Shown here: positions 52,309-61,630 of the stretch, in pieces | Position numbering within the stretch: position 1 is the first letter of the stretch | Layout: each line of letters starts with the position of its first letter | Source: Ardenticatenaceae bacterium | Lineage (GTDB): Bacteria; Chloroflexota; Anaerolineae; Promineifilales; Promineifilaceae | Direction of reading: 5' to 3' | DNA length: 64,000 nucleotides | Assembly (NCBI GenBank): GCA_020634315.1 | Contig: JACKBV010000002.1 | Location: forward strand, 165,286 to 229,285 | Notes under the pieces: generated by a model | What the model saw: the letters and a program-made list of their open reading frames with translations, nothing else | Databases searched by the model: none | Told to the model about the DNA's origin: nothing | Translations under genes and position numbers: made by a program

Positions 52309-53826
52309 CTAATGAACGGCCGTTCCCGTCATCATCAAGCCAATTTCATGCACATCAGCCTGATCGGCATCCAAAATACCCATGATGCGCCCTTCGGAGA
52401 TAACAGCAATGCGGTCACTGAGGGCAAGGATTTCTTCCAGCTCTTCAGAGATAAGGAGAACGGCCGTTCCCGCCTCCCTTTGCGCCAACAACAACTTCTG
52501 AATCGCTTCAATCGCCCCCACATCCAGGCCGCGCGTAGGCTGCACAGCAACCATCAACTGCGGCTGCGACGAAATTTCACGGGCAAGAATCACCTTTTGC
52601 AAATTACCACCCGACAACTTACGCGCCATTGTGCGTACGCCGGGGGCCAAAATATCATAGGCATCTTTTAACTCGCGGGCGCGTTGGCGAGCATTGGTAA
52701 AGTTAATGCTCCAGCCGTTGCCAATCGGCGCTTGCCGGTAACATTTCATAATCGTGTTTTCCGTGATGGTCATGTTCGGGGCACTGCCAACACCGGTACG
52801 GTCTTCCGGCACATGGGAAACGCCCTGCTTAATGGCGGCACTGGGCGGACGGTTGCTAACCTCTTGCCCATTGATTTTGATGCTGCCGCTGCACGGCCGT
52901 AACCCGGTAATCACCTCGGCCAATTCACTTTGACCATTGCCGGCAATTGCCGCAATCCCTAAAATTTCACCGGCACGCACTTCCAGCGACAGCTTGCGCA
53001 AGGCGGGAACGCCTTTGTCGTTCACCGCCTCCACATCTTTGACGGAGAGCACGACATCGCCGGGCGTTTGCGGCGTTTTCTCGACAGTGAAGACCACGCC
53101 GCGTCCCACCATTAACCGCGCCAAATCTTCTTTGGTCAACCCTTCCATGCTGCGCCCTTCGGCGGTCACTTTGCCTTTGCGCAGCACGGTAATACGGTCG
53201 GCAACGGCCGTTACCTCATGCAATTTGTGGCTGATGAAAATAATCGACTTACCCTGATCCACCATGGCCCGCATCGTGCCCATCAACTCTTCAATTTCCT
53301 GCGGAGCGAGAACGGCCGTTGGCTCATCCATGATCAAAATTCGTGCGCCGCGGTACAGCGTCTTCAAAATCTCCACCCGCTGCTGCTCCCCCACCGACAA
53401 CTGCCAGATTTTCGCCGTCGGGTCCACCCGCAGCCCAAACTGCTCCTGCAACGCCAAAATCTTCTGATCGTACTCCGCCAATCGCATAAAAAAGCGAGGC
53501 TCATTTAACCCCAGCAAAATATTTTCAGTTACCGTTTGTGTCGGCACCAACATGAAATGTTGGTGTACCATCCCAATTCCTCTGGCAATGGCATCCTTTG
53601 GAGAATGAAAATTAACCGGTTCACCATAAATCTTAATCGTGCCCGATGTCTGTTTATACAAACCAGCCAGCACATTCATCAGGGTGCTCTTGCCTGCGCC
53701 ATTTTCACCGAGCAAAGCATGAATCTCTCCCTGCTTCAGCGTGAAATTCACATGATCATTCGCCAGCACACCTGGAAAACGGATCACAATATCCTTCATT
53801 TCAACTGCATAGGGCATTTCAGTCAT
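52309..53826 (-). CDS. ABC transporter ATP-binding protein with duplicated ABC domains
   Basis: Two Walker A sites (GENGAGKST; GIAAIAGNGQSE-like). Signature LSVGEQQRV and LSGGNLQKV. Walker B ILIMDEPT. Confidence 0.85.
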   Translation of the reverse strand: MTEMPYAVEMKDIVIRFPGVLANDHVNFTLKQGEIHALLGENGAGKSTLMNVLAGLYKQTSGTIKIYGEPVNFHSPKDAIARGIGMVHQHFMLVPTQTVTENILLGLNEPRFFMRLAEYDQKILALQEQFGLRVDPTAKIWQLSVGEQQRVEILKTLYRGARILIMDEPTAVLAPQEIEELMGTMRAMVDQGKSIIFISHKLHEVTAVADRITVLRKGKVTAEGRSMEGLTKEDLARLMVGRGVVFTVEKTPQTPGDVVLSVKDVEAVNDKGVPALRKLSLEVRAGEILGIAAIAGNGQSELAEVITGLRPCSGSIKINGQEVSNRPPSAAIKQGVSHVPEDRTGVGSAPNMTITENTIMKCYRQAPIGNGWSINFTNARQRARELKDAYDILAPGVRTMARKLSGGNLQKVILAREISSQPQLMVAVQPTRGLDVGAIEAIQKLLLAQREAGTAVLLISEELEEILALSDRIAVISEGRIMGILDADQADVHEIGLMMTGTAVH

Positions 53827-53949
53827 GGTTCTTCCCCAAAAGCCAGAGGTAAACACAAGAGCAAGGAACCAATGTCCACATCACTCTTATCATTGTGCAA
53901 AAACAAAGCGAGAGGGGCTGTCACCCCTCTCGCTTTCACTTACATACAG

Positions 53950-55254
53950 TTACGAATCAAGCTCAGGCAATTCGGCCGTGATGTTTTCATTCCACCAATA
54001 CATGCACGTCTTGCACTCGCTGCCAAATTGAGAAAACCCATCCAGGTCAAGCTGTTCTAAGCTGACGCCGTCTTCCAAAACCACATTACCCTGATTATCG
54101 GTGATGGGGCCTTTGAAAACGTCAAAACGGGTAAATTCCCCGGCCAACATCTTGCTCAGCGTGTCGCGAATCAGAGCCAGGTCTTCTTCGGGCAAACCTT
54201 CCACACCAGGTTGTGGGGTTTCACCTTCCATGAAGCCATACAGCCCCAACGCGCCGCTGTCAGCATCGAAGTATTCCCAACCGCCTGTCCAGGTTCCTGC
54301 ACGCGAACCTTCGATAATGCGTGCATACTCCGGCCCCCAATTCCAATACATGGAAGTGAGGCAAGCATCGGCCACACAGTTGCCGGAATAATCATAGGTA
54401 ATACCCCATTTGCCTTCGGGAGCAGCTTCTGCCGGAGCGGGGGTGTCTGCACCGGTCATCACAACTTGCGCACCACCATCAAACAGGGAGGAAGCCGCAT
54501 CTTTTTCCAAAATGGGATCGTGCCAGGTGTAAATCCAACGCACATCAATGGTACAGTCGGGGCAGGTTTGTTGAACACCCAAGGAAAATGCATTACCCAG
54601 GCGCAGTTCTTCAGGAATGGGGAAGGTGGCAATGTAACCCAATTTCGGGTTGCCATCTACCTTCGCGCGTGAACCAGCCAGCATCCCGGCCAAATATTTC
54701 ATATCTTCCATCGCGCCCATCAAGTTACCGAAGTTCGCTCCGTTCGATTTGTAACCACTGATATGAACAATGTCTACATCCGGGAACTCTTCAGCAACGA
54801 TTTCAGACGCATCCATGAAACCAAAGGATGTGGTGAAGATAACGTCAAAACCTTTACGCGCCAGAGAACGAATAACCTGCTCGGCATCCGCACCTTCAGC
54901 TACGTTTTCGACGTAGGCGGTGTGTACATCGGCCACGTTGTCTTGCACGTACATGCGGGCAACGTCATGAGCCTGGCTCCAACCACCATCATCATGGGGG
55001 CCAACATAAACGAAAGCGACGTTATATTTTCCATCTTCAATCGCCGGAATCTGATAGCCTTCGCTTGTATCGGCGGCTGGCTCGGTGTCAGCGGCTGGCT
55101 CAGTATCGGCGGCTGGTTCCGTCCCGGCGTTGTTTGCTGCGGCCGGTTCGGTATTGTTTGTCGCTGGCTCATTGCCACCGCCACAGGCGGCCAGGATCAG
55201 AGCCAAAGCGGCTAATGCAACGAACAAAACAAATAATAGGCGTTTCTCTTTCAT
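53950..55254 (-). CDS. BMP-family (basic membrane protein / nucleoside-binding) ABC transporter substrate-binding lipoprotein
   Basis: Lipobox LILAACGG. TEPAAD linker repeats. BMP-family body. GAGGAG Shine-Dalgarno before ATG 55254. Confidence 0.8.
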   Translation of the reverse strand: MKEKRLLFVLFVALAALALILAACGGGNEPATNNTEPAAANNAGTEPAADTEPAADTEPAADTSEGYQIPAIEDGKYNVAFVYVGPHDDGGWSQAHDVARMYVQDNVADVHTAYVENVAEGADAEQVIRSLARKGFDVIFTTSFGFMDASEIVAEEFPDVDIVHISGYKSNGANFGNLMGAMEDMKYLAGMLAGSRAKVDGNPKLGYIATFPIPEELRLGNAFSLGVQQTCPDCTIDVRWIYTWHDPILEKDAASSLFDGGAQVVMTGADTPAPAEAAPEGKWGITYDYSGNCVADACLTSMYWNWGPEYARIIEGSRAGTWTGGWEYFDADSGALGLYGFMEGETPQPGVEGLPEEDLALIRDTLSKMLAGEFTRFDVFKGPITDNQGNVVLEDGVSLEQLDLDGFSQFGSECKTCMYWWNENITAELPELDS

Positions 55255-55274
55255 GTGTATTCTCCTCTGAAAAT

Positions 55275-55334
55275 AGCCTCCCGGAGGTTCATCTCATGCG
55301 GCGAGCCTTCCATTGCCAACCTCCGGGAGGTTGG
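55275..55334 (-). promoter_or_regulatory. Pair of CCTCC(C/G)GGAGG palindromes, inverted relative to each other, in the leader of the nucleoside ABC transporter operon
   Basis: AGCCTCCCGGAGGTT ... 28 nt ... AACCTCCGGGAGGTT. Both carry CCUCC anti-Shine-Dalgarno-like strings 20-75 nt upstream of the substrate-binding-protein Shine-Dalgarno. Confidence 0.4.
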
Positions 55335-55709
55335 TTTTCATTCATGGTGGTCGGCAGCCGCCGGTGAAGTCTCCTCTGTAAAATAATTGGGCAGTTAACC
55401 CTTTTTCGCTATCAAAACGACCTGACTACGCTTGAATGAGGATAGACAATGGCTCCACAAAGCTTTGCGTGGCCGGGCTTTTGATTTCTTGTGGTTGTTT
55501 GCAACCAGACGTGCTGGTCTTCTTGTTGGTTTACTGGGTTGCAGGGCATCACCTCCTTCACAAAATCTACCATGCATGAGGGGGATAAAAACAGATGAAT
55601 CGTCGTGGTTTTGTTATGCTTCACACTCATCACAGTTACAGATTATGAGCATACCGTTTTTTGTTAGCAGCGTCACCTGCTATTATTCGCGATTTTTATA
55701 TGACAGTTG

Positions 55710-56882
55710 TCAGCGATCTTGCCCAATGACATCCAGTTCACCTTGATAATAGGCAATTGCCTGCTCATTTGCCGTCGTTTGCGCCAATGATAATGCCTGT
55801 TGTAAATCGGCATGGGCACGCTGCATCTGCCTCTGCTGCCGGGAAACCTGGCTGTGCAGATGATATAAACGCGCCAATTGCAGTGGATCGCTTTCTGGCT
55901 CGGTTTGGGTGAGGGCAATGGCCTGACTAATATGGCTGTCGGCTTCCTCTAAATGACTGATATCGAGGTTGTATTTGCCCAATAACTGATGGGCAAAGGC
56001 GGCGCTGATGTTATTGGGCAAGCCAAGGCTAAGTGCCTGTCGCGTGTGCTCAATGGCACGCAATGGGACTTGCCGTTTGCCTTCGCTGAGCAGAAGTGCC
56101 ATTTCCAGATGCGCAGAGCCGGAATCGGGCATTGTGCGCAGTAGTTGTGCAAGCTGGTATTTGGCTTTGTTGACGGCACCGCCACGGCGCAGGGCATCAA
56201 TGTAACGAATTTGGGTTTGGGTATCGAGGGTATCGCGGGCGGACGCGGCCAGTGCGTGAAAAGCGTCTTGATAGGCGAGCGAATCATGGGCCAACATCTC
56301 AAACCAGCCGCGCCGGTCGCCTTGCCAAAAGAGGAAGAGGAGGGCGATATGAAAAACGGCCGTTACGCCACTCCACAACGGTGTTGCCCCAAAATCATAA
56401 ATCATTCTCCAGTCACCCTCGAAGCCGAGTAAGGTGAAAACTGGATAATAGATGAGGGAAAAGTAGACCTGGAAACGAAAAGCGCGTAAGCCGAAGTAAC
56501 GCAAGGCAGAGTAACGATGATGGCGCAAAAGCAGCCATACGGTCAGGCCAAAAAGGAGGGAACCCAGCGTTCCGGCCAGGCTGATAAACCAATATTGGAA
56601 CGGGGTGAACTGCCCGGAAGGAATGATGTAGCCCCAAAAGGCGCGGTAGGCAAATTCGACGACCTGGCCGCCAGAGGCCCAGGTAGCCAGTGAATGTGAA
56701 AATTCATGAAAAAAGACGCCGATGGGGACAGCAATGAAGAATGAGGCTTGTTCAGCCAACTGTTTTTTGTGACGGGTGAGAGGTTCTTGCGTGATGCCTT
56801 GCCATTCGCGCCAGATAACGGCCGTTAATTGCAGGCTGCGAAAAATATAAAACAGGGAAAGAATATTAGAAATTGCCGACAT
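55710..56882 (-). CDS. Membrane protein with an intramembrane HExxH motif (HEFSH) fused to C-terminal TPR repeats; putative zinc metalloprotease/regulator
   Basis: 4-5 N-terminal TM helices containing FFHEFSHSLATW. TPR-like repeats in the C-terminal half. Confidence 0.55.
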   Translation of the reverse strand: MSAISNILSLFYIFRSLQLTAVIWREWQGITQEPLTRHKKQLAEQASFFIAVPIGVFFHEFSHSLATWASGGQVVEFAYRAFWGYIIPSGQFTPFQYWFISLAGTLGSLLFGLTVWLLLRHHRYSALRYFGLRAFRFQVYFSLIYYPVFTLLGFEGDWRMIYDFGATPLWSGVTAVFHIALLFLFWQGDRRGWFEMLAHDSLAYQDAFHALAASARDTLDTQTQIRYIDALRRGGAVNKAKYQLAQLLRTMPDSGSAHLEMALLLSEGKRQVPLRAIEHTRQALSLGLPNNISAAFAHQLLGKYNLDISHLEEADSHISQAIALTQTEPESDPLQLARLYHLHSQVSRQQRQMQRAHADLQQALSLAQTTANEQAIAYYQGELDVIGQDR

Positions 56883-56925
56883 TGACTCTCCTGGTTGCCA
56901 TGCAGCAGCATGGGAATCATACAGC

Positions 56926-57050
56926 AGGGTAGAAGGGGAGACAAGCGAGAATGACGTGGAGAGAGGAGGGAAGAGTGTTGAGAGAGAGGGGAGAAGAGGG
57001 TGGAGAGAGGAGGGAAGAAGGAAGAGGGAGGGGGGAAATAAGGTGGATAA
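56926..57050. repeat. About 125-bp polypurine (GA-rich) tract on the plus strand in a divergent promoter region
   Basis: GTAGAAGGGGAGACAAGCGAGAATGACGTGGAGAGAGGAGGGAAGAGTGTTGAGAGAGAGGGGAGAAGAGGGTGGAGAGAGGAGGGAAGAAGGAAGAGGGAGGGGGGAAATAAGG. Confidence 0.6.
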
Positions 57051-57129
57051 CGCTGGTTTTACCTATACATCCTTTTGTTATTATGTTAAAATACGCGCCA
57101 ATAAAGGATGTTTGCATGGGAAGGTTGTG

Positions 57130-58872
57130 GTGACAAGCAAACTCGAATTTCTGGAACAGGTACCGATTTTTGCAACGTTGACTGACGATGAGTTAACGGC
57201 ATTGGCGGGCATTGCCCGTGAGTATGAGTTTGAAGACGGGGCCGTCATCGCTTATCAGCGCGATGTGGGCAACAGTCTGTATATTGTGAAAAACGGCCGT
57301 TTATTTGCTCATACCGTCGATGCGCAGGGCATTGTGCGCAGTTCGCGCTCTTTTCTGCCCGGCGACTATTTTGGCGAGTCGTGGCTGTTTGCTCCCAATG
57401 CACACCCGGCAACAATTAGAGGCAAAGGAAACGGCCGTATTCTGGTCATCCAGGGCAACGAATTCCTGCAATTTCTCGATGCCTACGGCAACGTGCTCGA
57501 AAACCTGGAACCCGTCTACGATCAAAGCGGCACCATCGTCTCTGGCCTATCAGAGACAGCCTGGGAAGAAGCAACAAAAATTCGCTTAAAAGCCCATCGA
57601 CGCAGCGCCGCCGTCAGCTTGCTGCCCGACGAGCTGGTCGAATTCCAGACCTATCGCAGCCGCTGGTATTTGCTGCTGCGCCTGGTTGGGCCGCTGGTCA
57701 TGTTGTTCATTACCTTGATTGGCACGTTTGTTTTGCTGCCGCTGCGACCTGCTGAGGGATTTTTACGGGGGACGCTAACGGCCGTTCCCATCATCTTCGG
57801 CCTCATCTCCCTCGCCTGGCTCGGCTTCAACTACCTGGACTGGCAAAACGATTACTTCGTCATCACCAACAAACACCTCATCCACCGCGAATTCGATCTG
57901 CGCAAATTCAGCACCAACGTCATCAAAATCCCCATTGACCAGATTCAAAGCGTGGAGATTTCCAAACCCAACCTCCTCTCCAATCTATTCAACTTTGGCA
58001 CAGCCCGCGTCACAACAGCCGCCCAGGCCGGAATTGTCTACTTCGACAATATCGATGCGCCCACCATGGTTAGAGATACCCTAAATCGGCTCAGCCAACG
58101 CGTGAAAACATTAGATGCAGGCCGTGAACAAGCGATTATGCGTGAATCCCTGGAAAGCCATTTCCAGGCAGACCATCCCCTAAGCGCTGTCACCGACGAC
58201 AACCTCGCCCCTATCGCCGCGCCTAAACAAACCGGCTTATTCACACGGTATCAATGGCGTCTCGAAGAAGGAGACACCATCACATATCGCAAACACATCT
58301 TCGTGCTGCTGCGCGAATCTGCCTGGCCGGGCGGCATAGTGCTTGGCTTGATTGTGCTCTATCTGCTGCTCACACGCTTCTTCAACTTCACCTTTAGCCA
58401 GTTGTGGATCATATTCTCCCTATTTTTCCTGGTTGACCTGGGCTGGCTCATCTGGAAAGTGGAAGATTGGCGCAACGACATCTTCCAGGTCACAAGTCGG
58501 GTGATCATCGACATTGACCGCCGCCCCTTTGGTTTTGGCGAAAGCCGCAAGCAAGCTCCCTTAGGCAATATTCAGAATGTGAGCGCCGACCGCCCCGGAA
58601 TCTTGCAGACCCTCTTCAATTTTGGTAACGTTTTTGTAGAGACGGCAGGTGTTGATGCCAATATCACATTTGAGGATGTGCCCAACCCCAGCCAAATTCA
58701 AAGCGACATTTTCAAGCGGTTGGATGAAGTGCGGCAGGCGCAGCGCGTCAAAGAAGGAGCACAGCGGCGTAAAGAGTATGCTGTGTTACTCGATGTCTAC
58801 AAACAGGCTCTGGAACAGGGACGAATTCCACAGCGCACCCCGCCACCCAACGAGTTTGGTTACGAAAATTAA
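57130..58872 (+). CDS. Membrane protein with an N-terminal cyclic-nucleotide-binding domain followed by two bPH_2 (YdbT/DUF304-like, membrane-flanked PH) domains
   Basis: GGGAAGG then GTG 57127/57130. cNMP-binding: LEQVPIFATLTDDELTALAGIA ... GDYFGESWLF. Two TM pairs, each followed by WQNDYFVITNKHLI ... / WRNDIFQVTSRVII ... blocks. The ORF-track N-terminus (from 56956) is the polypurine tract translated. Confidence 0.6.
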   Translation: MTSKLEFLEQVPIFATLTDDELTALAGIAREYEFEDGAVIAYQRDVGNSLYIVKNGRLFAHTVDAQGIVRSSRSFLPGDYFGESWLFAPNAHPATIRGKGNGRILVIQGNEFLQFLDAYGNVLENLEPVYDQSGTIVSGLSETAWEEATKIRLKAHRRSAAVSLLPDELVEFQTYRSRWYLLLRLVGPLVMLFITLIGTFVLLPLRPAEGFLRGTLTAVPIIFGLISLAWLGFNYLDWQNDYFVITNKHLIHREFDLRKFSTNVIKIPIDQIQSVEISKPNLLSNLFNFGTARVTTAAQAGIVYFDNIDAPTMVRDTLNRLSQRVKTLDAGREQAIMRESLESHFQADHPLSAVTDDNLAPIAAPKQTGLFTRYQWRLEEGDTITYRKHIFVLLRESAWPGGIVLGLIVLYLLLTRFFNFTFSQLWIIFSLFFLVDLGWLIWKVEDWRNDIFQVTSRVIIDIDRRPFGFGESRKQAPLGNIQNVSADRPGILQTLFNFGNVFVETAGVDANITFEDVPNPSQIQSDIFKRLDEVRQAQRVKEGAQRRKEYAVLLDVYKQALEQGRIPQRTPPPNEFGYEN

Positions 58873-58874
58873 TT

Positions 58875-59444
58875 ATGGCTATTTTAGAGATTGTGAAACT
58901 GCCGGAAGCGATTTTGCGGCAAAAGACGCACCCTGTCACAAAATTTGACAGTGAATTGCAGAAATTGATTGATGACATGATTGAAACCATGCGCGAAGCG
59001 CCCGGTGTTGGTCTTGCTGCGCCCCAAATAGGCAAGCCGATTAGCTTGACCGTCATTGAGACATTGCCACAAGTGGACGACGATGGCAACGAGATTGAGG
59101 GGACGCGTGACTTGTATGTGCTGGTGAACCCGGAAATCATCTGGAGCTCGCGCGAGTTAACTGACGGCATCGAAGGCTGCCTCTCGATTCCGGGTTATTT
59201 GGGCGAGGTGGAACGGCATGAGTCAATTCGGGTACGCGCACAGGATCGATACGGCCGTAAAGTGCGTTATCGTGTCCATGATTGGGATGCCCGCATTTTT
59301 CAGCACGAAATCGACCATCTGAATGGCGTGCTGTACATCGATAAACTAACGGCTCCGGAAAATTTCTGGACAGAAGAAGAGTTCCGCGTCAAGTATTATG
59401 GGGATGATGAAACAGAATACATCGAACCCACAGTTGGTGATTAA
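58875..59444 (+). CDS. def: Peptide deformylase
   Basis: GVGLAAPQIG, EGCLSIPG and HEIDHLNG are the three PDF motifs. Confidence 0.9.
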   Translation: MAILEIVKLPEAILRQKTHPVTKFDSELQKLIDDMIETMREAPGVGLAAPQIGKPISLTVIETLPQVDDDGNEIEGTRDLYVLVNPEIIWSSRELTDGIEGCLSIPGYLGEVERHESIRVRAQDRYGRKVRYRVHDWDARIFQHEIDHLNGVLYIDKLTAPENFWTEEEFRVKYYGDDETEYIEPTVGD

Positions 59445-59446
59445 CA

Positions 59447-59740
59447 ATGGCCCTGACACAAAAAGATGTAGAACACATTGCCCATCTGGCGCGGTTGCAG
59501 TTGACGCCCGCCGAGAAAGAGATGTACCGGGAGCAGTTAACGGCCGTTCTCGATTATGCGGCTATGCTCAATGAACTAGACCTGGACGGCATCCCGCCCA
59601 CCGCCCACGCGGTCGCCCAGCAAAACATCTTGCGCGACGACGTAATCGAACCGTCGCTGCCGCTAGAAGACGTTCTCTACAACGCACCACAGCAGCAAGA
59701 CGATCAATTCCTCATTCAAACAGTGCTTGACGAAGCCTGA
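59447..59740 (+). CDS. gatC: Glu-tRNA(Gln)/Asp-tRNA(Asn) amidotransferase subunit C
   Basis: LTQKDVEHIAHLARLQLTPAEKEMYREQLTAVLDYAAMLNELD is the canonical GatC. Confidence 0.85.
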   Translation: MALTQKDVEHIAHLARLQLTPAEKEMYREQLTAVLDYAAMLNELDLDGIPPTAHAVAQQNILRDDVIEPSLPLEDVLYNAPQQQDDQFLIQTVLDEA

Positions 59741-59760
59741 TCTTCCTGGACAAGACAAAT

Positions 59761-59800
59761 AAAAAGCAGGGAGCGAGAACAACTCGCTCCCTGCTTTTTT
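59761..59800 (+). terminator. Rho-independent terminator after def-gatC
   Basis: AAAAAGCAGGGAGCGAG-AACAA-CTCGCTCCCTGCTTTTTT. Confidence 0.75.
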
Positions 59801-59958
59801 ATTTCTCAAACAACAGCATCCAGCGCCTGTTCTGTGTTATCCCCTTGTAAGAAATTCGTAACCGTCACACAAGAAAGGCGCAAGCCTTTCACAAGAACTC
59901 CCCCATATGCTTACCAGCAATAACCACTCTTTTCCTTATTTACATATGGAGGTAACAC

Positions 59959-61482
59959 ATGAATTGGAAAACGATGTTGAAATTCCCCTTGCTGGCAACA
60001 CTCCTGCTCGCTTTCTTCCTGATTGCTGGCGCTGCATCTACCCATGCAGCCAGTCCAGGCGCAGCTTTGGTGCAATTGGATGTGACGGGTCTGGAAGATT
60101 TGGGGCCGGGTTGGGCTTATGAGGGTTGGGTTATCGTTGATGGCAATCCGCTCAGCACCGGCGTGTTTACGGTTGATGGCACAGGCAATGCTTCAGTCCG
60201 TAACTTTGCCGTCAACGCCAATCCACAAGATGTATCTGCTTTTGTCCTGACGATCGAGCCATCTCCTGATCCCGACCCTGCCCCCAGCAACACGCATTTA
60301 CTCGGCGGCGACTTTAACGGCCGTTTCGCGCATCTAACCGTCGGCCATCACACCGCCCTGGGAAACGATTTTCTTGATGCCAATGGCAGTTTCATCCTCG
60401 CCGTGCCCTCGGATAGCAGCGGCAACACCCCATACACCCATGGCATTTGGTGGTTGAACCCCGCCGGGCCGACATCGAGTTTGGATTTACCCACATTGCC
60501 AGCGGGTTGGGCTTATGAAGGTTGGGTAGTTGGTGCCAATGGCCCCATTTCGACTGGCGTCTTCACCGATCTTGCCATGGCAGACAGCGATGCAGGTGGC
60601 CCTTACGCTGGCCCAGACAACACACCCTCCTTCCCCGGTCAGGATTTTGTCAATCCCCCTATGGATTTGACCGGTTTAACGGCCGTTATCTCCATCGAAC
60701 CATCGCCCGACAACAGTCCCGCCCCCTTCACACTCAAACCCCTCATTGACGGCCACATCGACGACTTAGGCGCACCCGGTCTGGCACAAGAAATGGACAA
60801 CAATGCTGCCGGATTCCCTTCCGGCACGGCAAAATTGCTGCCCGCACAGCGGTATCAAGTCACCTTCACAAACCTGACTGCTGGACAGCCACTTTCCCCC
60901 GCCGTTGTCGCGACCCATCGCGCCGGATTAGGCATGTTCAATGGCAACCAATATGCGCTGCCAGCACTGGAAGCGATTGCCGAAGATGGCGATGAAAGCA
61001 GCATGGCTGCGTTGTTAAACAGCTTGCCCCAGGTTTCCCAGGTTGTGCAGGTCGGCGCACCGCTGACACCACAAGGGATCACGGTTGGCGATTTCAGCAG
61101 CAGCGCCACCTTTGAAATTATCGCTCGCCCCGGTGACCGCATCTCCCTGGCTTCTATGCTCATTTGCACCAATGATGGCTTCACCGCACTGGGCAGCGCA
61201 TCGCTGCCACAGCATGGTAGTCACGATTACTGGCTCTATGGATATGATGCAGGCACGGAAGATAACACAGAATTGAGCGGCGATTTGCCTGACCCATGCA
61301 GCGCTCTTGGCCCGGTTGTGCTCAATGGCGATGCGAATGGAAATGAGAATACGGCCGTTGACACGCAACCGCACCAATCCATCCAACTCCATCCCGGCAT
61401 TCAAGGCAATGGCGCTCTGCTTCCCGCCCACAATTGGGACGGGGCTGTCGCCAAAGTAACCATCACCAGACTCGACAACTAA
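59959..61482 (+). CDS. Secreted protein with two N-terminal RskA-C-terminal/DUF-like repeats and a C-terminal spondin_N-like domain
   Basis: Signal peptide. Duplicated block GWAYEGWV(I/V) ... P(L/I)STGVFT ... (V/A)(L/I)(T/S)IEPSPD. C-terminus QRYQVTFTNLTAGQPLSP ... MLICTNDGFTAL resembles spondin_N. Confidence 0.5.
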   Translation: MNWKTMLKFPLLATLLLAFFLIAGAASTHAASPGAALVQLDVTGLEDLGPGWAYEGWVIVDGNPLSTGVFTVDGTGNASVRNFAVNANPQDVSAFVLTIEPSPDPDPAPSNTHLLGGDFNGRFAHLTVGHHTALGNDFLDANGSFILAVPSDSSGNTPYTHGIWWLNPAGPTSSLDLPTLPAGWAYEGWVVGANGPISTGVFTDLAMADSDAGGPYAGPDNTPSFPGQDFVNPPMDLTGLTAVISIEPSPDNSPAPFTLKPLIDGHIDDLGAPGLAQEMDNNAAGFPSGTAKLLPAQRYQVTFTNLTAGQPLSPAVVATHRAGLGMFNGNQYALPALEAIAEDGDESSMAALLNSLPQVSQVVQVGAPLTPQGITVGDFSSSATFEIIARPGDRISLASMLICTNDGFTALGSASLPQHGSHDYWLYGYDAGTEDNTELSGDLPDPCSALGPVVLNGDANGNENTAVDTQPHQSIQLHPGIQGNGALLPAHNWDGAVAKVTITRLDN

Positions 61483-61508
61483 CAGCAATTCATCAATAAT
61501 CCGTCGCC

Positions 61509-61548
61509 AAAGGCGCAGCAATTCCACCAGAAATTGCTGCGCCTTTTT
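61509..61548 (+). terminator. Rho-independent terminator
   Basis: AAAGGCGCAGCAATT-CCACCAGAA-ATTGCTGCGCCTTTTT. Confidence 0.65.
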
Positions 61549-61630
61549 GTATTGATGGGCAGCGGGCTGCTATTGCCTATTGCCCCTTTCCTAACGATAA
61601 TAAGCCAGAGAATAAACCGGATAGACAAAG

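Noticed and set aside
55380-55709. 330-bp gap between the ABC transporter leader and the HExxH-TPR gene, checked for tRNA or ncRNA
   Set aside because: No GTTCGAATC-type T-loop or clover-leaf. Only the weak ORF 55432-55746, which overlaps the neighbouring gene end.
56956-57129. ORF-track N-terminus of the cNMP-binding protein (MERGGKSVEREGRRGWREEGRRKREGG...)
   Set aside because: It is simply the polypurine tract translated. The real start is GTG about 57130 after GGGAAGG.
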